From NCBI RefSeq assembly GCF_000284455.1, contig NC_017039.1, positions 3,120,001 to 3,152,000 of the forward strand: a stretch of DNA of 32,000 bases, written 5' to 3'. A program made the position numbers and the translations under genes. The notes under the pieces were generated by a model. That model did no database searches. It worked only from the letters and a program-made list of their open reading frames with translations, and was not told the origin of the DNA. This DNA is from Synechocystis sp. PCC 6803 substr. PCC-P. Lineage in GTDB: Bacteria > Cyanobacteriota > Cyanobacteriia > Cyanobacteriales > Microcystaceae. How positions within the stretch are numbered: position 1 is the first letter of the stretch; each line of letters opens with the position of its first letter. This document shows, in pieces, positions 9,201-17,843 of the stretch.

Positions 9201-9814
9201 CGGTGGGCTAGCACATCCTCATCCTTAATCAAACCACGGAGTACTTCCTGGGGTAAAAGCTCAATTTTTTGTTCTTCGTGGGAAGTGCGAAAACCATCAA
9301 AAAAGTGCAGTCCCGGTATCCTGGTGGCAAAGCTGGTGGCCGTGGCAATGAGGGCAAAATCGTGGGCTTCCTGGACAGAATTGGAACTTAACATGGCAAA
9401 GCCCGTATTTCTGGCCGCCATCACATCACTGTGATCCCCAAAAATAGATAGGCCCTGGGCCGCTAAAGAACGGGCCGCCACATGCAAAACCATGGCTGTT
9501 AATTCCCCAGCAATTTTGTGCATATTGGGCAACATCAACATTAAGCCCTGGGAAGCGGTAAATGTTGTGGTCAAAGCTCCCGATTGCAGAGCGCCATGGA
9601 CAGTACCGGCGGCTCCCCCCTCGCTTTGCATTTCCACCACCAATGGTACGGTGCCCCACAAATTGGGCCGGTGTTCTGCTGCCCAAGCATCGGACCATTC
9701 CCCCATGGGCGAGGAAGGGGTGATGGGATAAATGGCAATCACTTCACTGAGCAGGTAGGCCACACGGGCCACCGCTTCATTACCGTCGAGGGTGGCATAG
9801 GTAGGTAAACTCAT
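6215..9814 (-). CDS. nifJ: Pyruvate:ferredoxin (flavodoxin) oxidoreductase
   Basis: 1199-aa ORF with N-terminal [15 protein letters not shown], two 4Fe-4S motifs ([16 protein letters not shown] and [15 protein letters not shown]), the TPP-binding region [45 protein letters not shown], and [16 protein letters not shown]. Confidence 0.97.
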   Translation of the reverse strand: [1199 protein letters not shown]

Positions 9815-10404
9815 AAACGAATCGTCCTCAAAGGTTTCTGCAATGGCAACAAAAGCCAGAAATATGAAACAAAGCAGTCAAGTTTGTTAACAGTTGGGGA
9901 TACTGCCGGGGGTTAATGGAGCGCTAAAAAATTGTTGAAAATAACACTAATGCCAAGAAAAATTAAACAACGTCAAGATTGTTTTTGTTGATTCTTAATT
10001 AAGGCCGGGGAAAGAGATAGCCCAAAAAACTTAGTCGAGAAATGGGGCTGCGAATTAGTCGTCAACGATTGGTGTTTGGTCATGGCGTTCTCTCTGGGTC
10101 TTAGTTTTATCTTGAACCCAAAATCAAAAAATGGAACACTTTCTTATTGTTTTTTAACGAGATCAAATACTGTGAAGTTTTGTAATTGCTCCGTGGCAAG
10201 AAGAAAATTTTGCCTTAGCTATTGTTTGGATTTCATGACAGCAGCAATGTCCACCCGATTGTTGACAATACTCGGACAGTACTCAGGCTAATTAGTTGAT
10301 CCAATTTCAGCGACTTATTCCAATCACAATTTACAGCCAAATTAACTATAGTTTAAAAAATCGAATTAAAACCTCTGTCAAAATCTATTTTGGCAGCATT
10401 CACC

Positions 10405-10977
10405 TTACCAAATCAAATCTAAATCCAACACAAACATCGGTAAAACATTTTCCCCTGATAAATTGCTCGGATTTTTTACTACTTCCATCCCTTGACCCTG
10501 ACGATAAATTTCTACTTCCTTACTTTGACGATTAATTAACCACCCCAACCGTGTGCCATTTTCTAAATATTCCTGCATTTTTTCCTGTAGGGGCTTTAAA
10601 TTGTCGCTGGGCGATCTTAGTTCAATCACAAAATCAGGACAAAGAGGCACAAAGCCTTGTTTTTCTTCCTGTGTTAATGCTGTCCATTTTTCCAGGGAAA
10701 TCCACGCCGCATCGGGGGACTTATCCGCACCATTGGGAAGTTTAAAGCCCGTGGAGGAATCAAAAACCTTACCAAGCTGATACTGTTTATTCCAGTGTCT
10801 TAATTGATAATTAATTTCGGAATTCTTTTCGCCAGTTTCTCCACCCGTAGGGGGCATAATGACTAAATCTCCCTGATAAGTTCTCTCAAACCGTAAATCA
10901 CTGTTATTTTGACAAAGCTTATAAAACTGCTCGTCGGATAATTTTAAAGAATCCATTTTTATCTTTAGTGGACTCAT
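10405..10977 (-). CDS. Uma2 family (DUF820) endonuclease-like protein; the ORF is open to 11112
   Basis: LSDEQFYKLCQNNSDLRFERTYQGDLVIMPPTGGETGEKNSEI...PDAAWISLEKW...PLCPDFVIELRSPSDNLKPLQEKMQEYLENGTRLGWLINRQSKEVEIYRQ. The PDxVIELxSxSD and QxKMxEYLxNGxxLGWLI motifs are typical of Uma2. ATG at 10977..10975. Confidence 0.88.
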   Translation of the reverse strand: MSPLKIKMDSLKLSDEQFYKLCQNNSDLRFERTYQGDLVIMPPTGGETGEKNSEINYQLRHWNKQYQLGKVFDSSTGFKLPNGADKSPDAAWISLEKWTALTQEEKQGFVPLCPDFVIELRSPSDNLKPLQEKMQEYLENGTRLGWLINRQSKEVEIYRQGQGMEVVKNPSNLSGENVLPMFVLDLDLIW

Positions 10978-11118
10978 AATTGTTCTCCCAATCATTGGGG
11001 GGCAAGCACAGGCCTCTAGTTTAACATCAAGACTTTGACTGCGTTGTGTTGTTTTGAGGATTGATTTACGGTGACATAACAGAAGTTTTTGCGTCGATCG
11101 CCGTTTGGCCATTCACGA

Positions 11119-12966
11119 TTAATCGGGGGTTAACAACATCAATCGGTCGGGTTCCAAATGTATAGACCAAGGCTGGGGACAATGACGTAAAATCTGCCAT
11201 TTTTCTTTAAATACCTCCGCCTGGAGGTGATAGTCATCGGTATCAACGGGAGGAATCCCTAATTTTAAATAAACCGTCATGCGATGGGGAGTTTCACTGG
11301 TCCACACCACCCAACCAGGAAAAGTATTGACCGGAGATTGATGGTGATCGCCAGCATCTAAAAACCGAATTTGATGGGCCCGAATCCCGATGTGGGTTTG
11401 GTCGGAAGAAACGGGTTCCGTTGTTTGTAAGGTGCATTGCCAGTCCAGGGCCCGGACAGTATGGCGATCGATGACTTGAATAGGAGAGTAATTTTTGCAA
11501 CCCGTCAGTTGGGCAATGGTCACACTTCCAGGGCGATCGAAAATGGCTTGCTTGTCCCCAGTAGCTACCAATTTACCTTGGCTTAGTACGAGTAATTTCT
11601 GACAAATCCGATAGGCTTCTTCCAGGTTATGGCTGACGAAAAGGGTGAATCCTTTATAGCCAGAAAGGATTTTGAGCAACTGTTTTTCCAGTTCATAGCG
11701 TAGATGGGTATCCAGGGCAGAAAAGGGTTCGTCTAATAACAGAACATTGGGTTCCGGAGCTAAAGCCCGGGCCAGGGCGACCCGTTGTTGTTGGCCACCG
11801 GATAGCTGATGGGGATAACGATCGCCCATTTTTTCTAAATTTACTAAAGTCAATTGTTCTTCAACCCGGAGCGATCGCCGTTGGGGGGAGAGGTGCCGCA
11901 GACCAAAGGCAATGTTCTGGGCCACGGTCAGATGGGGAAATAGGGCATAGTTTTGCAACACTAAACCGACTTTCCGTTCATGGCTCGGTACATTGATATT
12001 TCGTTGTGAATCAAACAAAGTTCGACCATTAAGGATGATGCGCCCCTGGGTCGGAGTTTCTATCCCCGCAATGCAACGGAGTGTCATGGTTTTGCCAGAA
12101 CCCGATGCCCCCAACAATCCCACCGTTTCCCCTTGGGTAGTAAATGTAACGTCTAAACTGAATTGCGCTAACTGCTTCTGAATGTTGACCTGGATCCCTG
12201 GCTCCACTTCCCCTAGCTTTGGGTAATGAGAAGAGGAATTTTCCCATCCATTGTTTTGGAATAAAACAGTTAACCGATGCTCCTGGGGCTGAGGGTTGTG
12301 AATTTTATCTTCATAACGTCTTTGCCAGATATTGGCAGCCATAATGCCAGCCAGGGAGATGACCAAAATAATGCCTACCCATAACCAAGCTTCCCCCATG
12401 GCCCCTGCTTCCACAGCAAAATAGATGGCCATTGGTATGGTTTGGGTTTGCCCCGGAATATTGCCCGCCACCATCAAAGTAGCGCCAAATTCCCCCAAGG
12501 AACGGGCAAAGGCGAGGGTGGTGCCAGCCAAAATACCGGGCAGGGACAGGGGTAATAGAATGCGCCGAAAAACTTCTCCCCTCGAAGCTCCCAGGGTTTG
12601 GGCAACTTGCAACAGATGGCGATCGACTTGCTCAAAGGCCCCCAATGTTGTTTTATACATCAGGGGAAAGGACACTACCGTGGCGGTGATCACAGCGGCA
12701 TACCAAGTGAAAACGATGGTGACATCAAACTGGGCCAGGATTTTTCCCAACGGGCCATTTTTGCCAAACAATAACAACAGCAAAAAACCCACCACCGTGG
12801 GCGGCAAAATTAACGGCGCAATAAAAACGGCCTCAACCAAAGACTTTCCCGGCTGGCGATCGCCTAACATCCCATAGGCTGCCGCAATACCAAGGATGAA
12901 TGTGACCACGGTTGCTAATCCGGCAGTTTTGAGGGAAATCCAGAGGGGAGTAAGGTCGGTGGCCAT
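11119..12966 (-). CDS. modBC: Fused molybdate ABC transporter permease/ATP-binding protein (ModB-ModC) with a C-terminal TOBE/MOP-like region
   Basis: N-terminal half is a permease with the EAA-type loop TLGASRGEVFRRILLPLSLPGILAGTTLAFARSLGEFGATLMVAG. C-terminal half is an ATPase with Walker A GASGSGKTMTLR, Q-loop LVLQNYALFPHL, signature LSGGQQQRVALARAL and Walker B VLLLDEPFSALD. Confidence 0.94.
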   Translation of the reverse strand: MATDLTPLWISLKTAGLATVVTFILGIAAAYGMLGDRQPGKSLVEAVFIAPLILPPTVVGFLLLLLFGKNGPLGKILAQFDVTIVFTWYAAVITATVVSFPLMYKTTLGAFEQVDRHLLQVAQTLGASRGEVFRRILLPLSLPGILAGTTLAFARSLGEFGATLMVAGNIPGQTQTIPMAIYFAVEAGAMGEAWLWVGIILVISLAGIMAANIWQRRYEDKIHNPQPQEHRLTVLFQNNGWENSSSHYPKLGEVEPGIQVNIQKQLAQFSLDVTFTTQGETVGLLGASGSGKTMTLRCIAGIETPTQGRIILNGRTLFDSQRNINVPSHERKVGLVLQNYALFPHLTVAQNIAFGLRHLSPQRRSLRVEEQLTLVNLEKMGDRYPHQLSGGQQQRVALARALAPEPNVLLLDEPFSALDTHLRYELEKQLLKILSGYKGFTLFVSHNLEEAYRICQKLLVLSQGKLVATGDKQAIFDRPGSVTIAQLTGCKNYSPIQVIDRHTVRALDWQCTLQTTEPVSSDQTHIGIRAHQIRFLDAGDHHQSPVNTFPGWVVWTSETPHRMTVYLKLGIPPVDTDDYHLQAEVFKEKWQILRHCPQPWSIHLEPDRLMLLTPD

Positions 12967-13012
12967 CGTGGGGCAATGTCGAACAGTTAAGGCAGTTTAC
13001 GGCAATGGCTGA

Positions 13013-13825
13013 TTATTCACCCGGGCCAAAACCATATTGACTGAAAACCTTCTGGGCTTCTTCACTAGCGAGAAATTGGCCATAGGTGCGGGCTGCTTCT
13101 GACTGGGGACTGGCCGCTATCACGGCGATCGGATAAACAATGGGGGCATGCAAATTAGCCGGGGCTTTAACCACAGTTTTTACTTGATCGGAAATTTGGG
13201 TATCGGTGGCGTAAACTATCCCAGCATCGGCATTGGCGCTTTCCACGGAACCTAAAACATTTCGTACCGAATTACCGTAAACAAACTTGGATTGTAACTG
13301 GGCCAAAATGTCTAGATTTTCAAAAACTTCCTCTGCATACTGCCCAGCGGGAACACTGCGGGGTTCCCCCAAGGAAATACGCTTAACGGCGGGGTCAGTG
13401 AGTTGCTGAAATTTGCTAATTTGTAGGGCGGAATCCTGGGGCACAACCAACACCAAACTATTACTGAGTAAATTGCGACGGGTATCGTTAATGATTAAAC
13501 TTTTTGCTTGCAACCCATCCATTTGTTTAGACGCAGCGGAAATAAACAGATCAACCCTAGCTCCCTGCTCAATTTGCTGTTGCAGTGTGCCAGAAGCGGC
13601 AAAGTTGTAATTCACTTCAATGTTGGGATGGGTCGATTCAAACCGTGGGTCTAAGGTTTCCAGTGCATCCTGCAGGCTGGCCGCCGCCGACACAGTTAGG
13701 GTAATGGACTCTTTTGTTGGGACAACGAAAGTTTCTGAACTGGGGAACAATTGGTTAAACGAAGAAACTCCACACGCAGTCAATAAACCCACTAGGATCA
13801 GTAGCCAAAACCAAGCTAGTTTCAT
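13013..13825 (-). CDS. modA: Molybdate-binding periplasmic lipoprotein ModA
   Basis: Lipobox VGLLTAC at the N-terminus, then ESITLTVSAAASLQDALETLDPRFESTHPNIEVNYNFAASGTLQQQIEQGARVDLFISAASKQMD and GNSVRNVLGSVESANADAGIVYATD. Adjacent to modBC. Confidence 0.93.
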   Translation of the reverse strand: MKLAWFWLLILVGLLTACGVSSFNQLFPSSETFVVPTKESITLTVSAAASLQDALETLDPRFESTHPNIEVNYNFAASGTLQQQIEQGARVDLFISAASKQMDGLQAKSLIINDTRRNLLSNSLVLVVPQDSALQISKFQQLTDPAVKRISLGEPRSVPAGQYAEEVFENLDILAQLQSKFVYGNSVRNVLGSVESANADAGIVYATDTQISDQVKTVVKAPANLHAPIVYPIAVIAASPQSEAARTYGQFLASEEAQKVFSQYGFGPGE

Positions 13826-13846
13826 TTATTTCATCTTGAGATTTTT

Positions 13847-16441
13847 TTAGATTTTGGCGATCGCCTGCCAGAGTTCTGTCCGTAAAGGTTGCAGTTCATT
13901 GTCCAACTCCGGAGCGAGGATGGGGGAAGGCAACATAAACGGGAACCAAGTTACCAGGGGAAGATTTTCCGTCACTTGATAAAAATCGCTGGGGTTGGGG
14001 CCATCAATGTGGCGCAGATTAACCCCAAAGCCTAACCTCTGGCGACGGTACTGGAGTATGGGAGCGTAATCCCTCAGCCAAAGGTAAAAATCCGGCGCTT
14101 CCTGCAGAGAACGGAGGGTTTGCTGCAGTAAAGGTTCTGGCATAGGCGTTCCATTAACCTGGAGCCAAGCTTGATTGATTAACTCTTGGGCCTGGGCTGG
14201 ATTTTGCCAAGCTTGTACCAATTTGGCCGCCAGATCGGGCAAAGCAGGGAGATATTCTTCAATACGCTCTGGATCTTTGCTCAATGCCAGTAAAGCCTGA
14301 CTTTGGCGATCGCCAACTTTGGTTAACTCTGCTTCCGCCCGGGTAAATTGTCCCAACCACCAATAAATTCCTCCCTGGATTTTTCCCAAAAGGGTCTGAA
14401 AATTGGCATCATCTTGGTTTTCCTGCCGCAGTTGGTTGAGGGTTGACTGTATTTTTTCAATCAAAGGCGGATAAAGTCGAGCAAAATTAGGATCGCGCCA
14501 CACTGGATTAGTAATAAACAAAGGATCCCGCAAACATTCCAGGCTAAAAGCGTCAATGGCCAGGTCTAACTTTTGTTGTACCAATAGACTCAGCCCTAGG
14601 CCAAAGAATACCCCCCGTTTGGCCGGCACCAACTGACTGGCGGTGGCAAAAGCTTGACTCGCTTGGCTGGGATTTTGCCCCAGGGTCAACCACCCCAAAT
14701 TGTTATGGGTAAATTCCTGGTGGGGAGACGCTTCCACACTCCTCTCAAAAGCGGCGATCGCCTTGGTTACCAATTCCTGCCGTTGTTCTGGATCTGCCGT
14801 GGTCAAAGCAATGTTGCCCAAATTCCAACCCAACTGGGTGGGGTAATAGGCTTCCCAGGGAGCAAGATTTTCCGCTTGGGAAAGGTAATCGGTGAAAGCT
14901 GGTACATTTTCTGCTTCTAAAGCCCGGAACGCTATTTCTGACAGTTGCCAAGCCCGCAAAATGGGAAATAGCCAAACGGCGATCGCCAGCAGGAAAGCAA
15001 TGCCAGCAAAAAACACTGGCCGAGCAAAACGACTGGATTTTGGTATTACTGGATCAGCAGAGTAAAGCTGTAGTAAACAGGCAAAATAAATAACAATAAC
15101 GCCGCTAATGCAAACATTGTCCAATTGATAGTCAGTTAAACTAGTTACTCCGTAGGCTAACAATGCACTGGTGAGGGTCCAAATAAGAATTTTTACTACG
15201 TTTGAATCAACATCATTACCTTTAGTGTTAACTATATTTTGTTTGATTAAACTGCGAATTAATTGCCAAATTAAACCAATGATTAATAGTGAGGGAATTA
15301 ATATGCCCCAAACTCCCAATTCCGCAAATAATTGGGCGGGGGTGGAATGAAGCTGGTAAATAAATTCCGATTCCCGCCCGGCCCATACCGGTCGATAGAG
15401 TTGATATTGTAGGGGTACATTACCCAAACCAATACCAGTCCAAGGATGGGCTGACCCCATGCGCCAACCAATTTCAAAATTAATTAAACGATAGGCAAAC
15501 TGTCCCGCCCCTTGCCCTCCCATAATGCCGGTGAAGCTAGTAAGCAAACGGTCATTTGTACAAATAAAAATTCCCACCACGGCGATCGCCAAAGTGCCTA
15601 GGCCTAACCACCATCGCCAGGGCAATTGACGGAGCAGACCAATACCGATAATAACTAGTAACAATAAAGTAGCTAAACCTAATAGTCCCCCCCGGGAACT
15701 GGTGGTATAAAAATCAATTAATCCCAGCGATAAGGCAACGCTCCAAAACCAACGTTTTTTTCCTTCATTGAGCCAAATTAAAACACTCAGCAAAGGCAAA
15801 ATTAACACTAGGTAACCCGCCACATAGTTTTGGTGGCCAATGGGAGCCCAATTTTGCAATTCCAGTATCCCAAAAGTAAAAGTTTTAGTAATGCCCATTT
15901 CCCTGGCGATCGCCGCTGATTGCCAAAAAGGAATGAGGGTTTGGGTAAACCACAGCAAAAGACTAATGACAATAAAGGCAAAACCCACATAGCCTTGAAA
16001 AGTCAATAACTTGTTAATGCTTACCAGGGGGTTGGTTTGAACTTTTAGCCAACTTCTTAGGCCGTATAAACCGGCTAGAAAAGCGCAAAATATCCAGCCA
16101 TACCAACGGGCCTGCTGGGGAAATTCCGCCCCTACCACACTTAGCATTGCGGCGATCGCCAACGCCACCATTAACCAGTCGAACCCTAATCCGAGGGAAA
16201 TTAAGCGTTTATTTTGTCCGATTTGCCACAAACACCACAGCGCAGTTAACCAAAACCAGGTCTGCCAAACAAAGACCCAGGGCCAACCCACCATCAAGCT
16301 ATGGCCATTAGGTAACAGGGTGAATAGCCCATAGAGTAAGGCCGTCAATAGCCCCAACAATCGTCCTGGGTTACTAGAAGGGGAAGTGGATGAAGGGGAA
16401 CTAACCGGAGGAGAGGATGAATCGGCGGCCATACTGGGCAA
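13847..16441 (-). CDS. Large multi-pass membrane protein with Wzy/O-antigen-ligase-like N-terminal half and TPR-rich C-terminal half (start could be TTG at 16441 or ATG at 16432)
   Basis: 864-aa ORF with many hydrophobic segments and the Wzy_C/ligase-like signature FTSSRGGLLGLATLLL...NRLLTSFTGIMGGQGAGQFAYRLINFEIGWRMGSAHPWTGIGLGNVPLQYQLYRP. A TPR-like region follows: AIAAFERSVEASPHQEFTHNNLGWLTLGQNPSQASQAFATASQLVPAKRGVFFGLGLSLLVQ. The first codon in the track's ORF is TTG. Confidence 0.82.
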   Translation of the reverse strand: MPSMAADSSSPPVSSPSSTSPSSNPGRLLGLLTALLYGLFTLLPNGHSLMVGWPWVFVWQTWFWLTALWCLWQIGQNKRLISLGLGFDWLMVALAIAAMLSVVGAEFPQQARWYGWIFCAFLAGLYGLRSWLKVQTNPLVSINKLLTFQGYVGFAFIVISLLLWFTQTLIPFWQSAAIAREMGITKTFTFGILELQNWAPIGHQNYVAGYLVLILPLLSVLIWLNEGKKRWFWSVALSLGLIDFYTTSSRGGLLGLATLLLLVIIGIGLLRQLPWRWWLGLGTLAIAVVGIFICTNDRLLTSFTGIMGGQGAGQFAYRLINFEIGWRMGSAHPWTGIGLGNVPLQYQLYRPVWAGRESEFIYQLHSTPAQLFAELGVWGILIPSLLIIGLIWQLIRSLIKQNIVNTKGNDVDSNVVKILIWTLTSALLAYGVTSLTDYQLDNVCISGVIVIYFACLLQLYSADPVIPKSSRFARPVFFAGIAFLLAIAVWLFPILRAWQLSEIAFRALEAENVPAFTDYLSQAENLAPWEAYYPTQLGWNLGNIALTTADPEQRQELVTKAIAAFERSVEASPHQEFTHNNLGWLTLGQNPSQASQAFATASQLVPAKRGVFFGLGLSLLVQQKLDLAIDAFSLECLRDPLFITNPVWRDPNFARLYPPLIEKIQSTLNQLRQENQDDANFQTLLGKIQGGIYWWLGQFTRAEAELTKVGDRQSQALLALSKDPERIEEYLPALPDLAAKLVQAWQNPAQAQELINQAWLQVNGTPMPEPLLQQTLRSLQEAPDFYLWLRDYAPILQYRRQRLGFGVNLRHIDGPNPSDFYQVTENLPLVTWFPFMLPSPILAPELDNELQPLRTELWQAIAKI

Positions 16442-16483
16442 TACTCACAGGAAAACACCTTTCCCATTTTGCCCTCTTCCCAG

Positions 16484-16507
16484 AAAAAAACCGCCCCGGA
16501 GGACGGT
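16484..16507 (-). terminator. Putative rho-independent-type terminator downstream of the GAF/GGDEF-like gene
   Basis: Minus-strand ACCGTCCTCCGGGGCGGTTTTTTT is an imperfect GC hairpin followed by a T7 run, located between the 3' end of the 16745 gene and the start of the 16441 gene. Confidence 0.5.
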
Positions 16508-16744
16508 AATCAGATTTTCGTGTGTGAGGAGGAAATCGCGTCGAGTTCTGCTTATTTCTTAACCTCACTGTATCTACGATTCTAAACCAAAATTTAGGGC
16601 CCTCCACTCACCCGATTGAGTGAATCGCGGCGATCGCCTAGATGTTAGACTTGCCTCGGACCCATCGATAATGTCACCTTAACCAACACATTTTCCAAAT
16701 TAATCGACCATGGCCAAGGGCAAGGCAAAGTCGGAAAAAGAACT

Positions 16745-17683
16745 TTAACCTTCCGTCTTGACCCTAAATTTTTTCTGTTCATGGGCTGCTGATTTTGCCG
16801 TTTCCATTGCATCGAGGAGTCCTTTTTCGGGGGAACGCTCCCCAATACCTATATCCGCCGTAATCTTTCCCTGCTCAAAGCCTAGGGCTAACCTTTCCCG
16901 AATAAAATCTGCTTGGCTAATATGGCACTCAATACAAAGAATGGCAAATTCCCTTTCCCCAATGCGGGCACAGAAGTCATCCTGGCGACAAACGGTTTTA
17001 ATGATCTTGGCAGCCCGTTGCAAGATTAAGTCGTTAATAGGCTCTTCCCCTTTGGGCTCCGCTGCTTCCACCTCAACAATAATGACACTGACCGGAAAGC
17101 CAAATTTCTGACAGCGAATTTCCTCACTGGCTAACAACTTTTCCCAGCCCGAAAGGCTATAAAAACCAGTAGTTCCATCCCGTTCCTTCAGAAGTTGTTG
17201 ATACTCTTCCCGCCGGGAAGCTATTTCCGCTTTGAGAAAAAAATCTAGGATAGTACTCAGCAGTTGGGCGATGAGCTCCACCAAGGGCAACTCGTCCACC
17301 AAACTATCGGGCTGAATTTCGGGATCAATGGCACAAAGGGTACCAAATAGGGAACCGTTACCATAGGTGATGGGCACCCCCACATAGGCTCCGATGTCCA
17401 CCTGCTGGGCGATGGGGGCATTGCGGTAGGCTTCCACCAAGTTCGATTGGGGAGCAATATGGGGTCCTTCTCCCCTCACCATGCGGGAGCAAAAGGAATC
17501 GGGCCAATGGAACACATCCCCTCGCTTAACTCCGTAACCATTGTCCTGAGCCTGGAGTACGATCCAGTTATCTACCTCGGTGCGGGTGATCATCCACAGG
17601 GATAGCCCCATTCGTTGATGTAAATAGGTCAATGTTGCCTGGGCCGCACTATCAAAGTCAGGAAAGGAAGTGGTGGTGAACAT
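16745..17683 (-). CDS. GAF domain protein with a degenerate GGDEF-like C-terminal domain
   Basis: 312-aa ORF. GAF region includes DSFCSRMVRGEGPHIAPQSNLVEAYRNAPIAQQVDIGAYVGVPITYGNGSLFGTLCAIDPE. GGDEF-like region is GFYSLSGWEKLLASEEIRCQKFGFPVSVIIVEV...DFCARIGEREFAILC (GEREF in place of GGDEF). Confidence 0.82.
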   Translation of the reverse strand: MFTTTSFPDFDSAAQATLTYLHQRMGLSLWMITRTEVDNWIVLQAQDNGYGVKRGDVFHWPDSFCSRMVRGEGPHIAPQSNLVEAYRNAPIAQQVDIGAYVGVPITYGNGSLFGTLCAIDPEIQPDSLVDELPLVELIAQLLSTILDFFLKAEIASRREEYQQLLKERDGTTGFYSLSGWEKLLASEEIRCQKFGFPVSVIIVEVEAAEPKGEEPINDLILQRAAKIIKTVCRQDDFCARIGEREFAILCIECHISQADFIRERLALGFEQGKITADIGIGERSPEKGLLDAMETAKSAAHEQKKFRVKTEG

Positions 17684-17817
17684 CGGCTTGTCGGCGCCCT
17701 AGGATGGATTGGTAGATTCTGTTAATTCGGGAAGTTGAGAGATTCGGGTATTTGCTTGGCATATTCCCAAATGATTGTCCCTGCCTCCATTTTAGCTATG
17801 TTGTTGTTATGGGACAT

Positions 17818-17843
17818 AAAAAAACCTCCCCACAGGAAGGTTT
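17818..17843 (-). terminator. Putative rho-independent-type terminator downstream of psb30
   Basis: Minus-strand AAACCTTCCTGTGGGGAGGTTTTTTT: stem AAACCT/AGGTTT extended by CC/GG (one bulged T), then a T run, just 3' of the psb30 stop codon. Confidence 0.65.

Noticed and set aside
10076-10535. Plus-strand ORFs 10076..10291 and 10296..10535
   Set aside because: Short, AT-rich, no motif, and the second overlaps the Uma2 gene; likely chance frames.
12425-12877. 150-aa plus-strand ORF
   Set aside because: Antisense to the modB half of modBC.
6215-13825. Nitrogen-fixation locus suggested by nifJ plus molybdate transport
   Set aside because: No nifHDK or other nif genes. The nifJ product is a generic PFOR, and molybdate is needed for other enzymes such as nitrate reductase.
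16520-16744. Possible tRNA or small structured RNA in the gap between the GAF gene and the Wzy-like gene
   Set aside because: Only short inverted repeats (e.g. CACTC...GAGTG near 16615) and no T-loop GTTCRANNC or acceptor stem pairing could be found.
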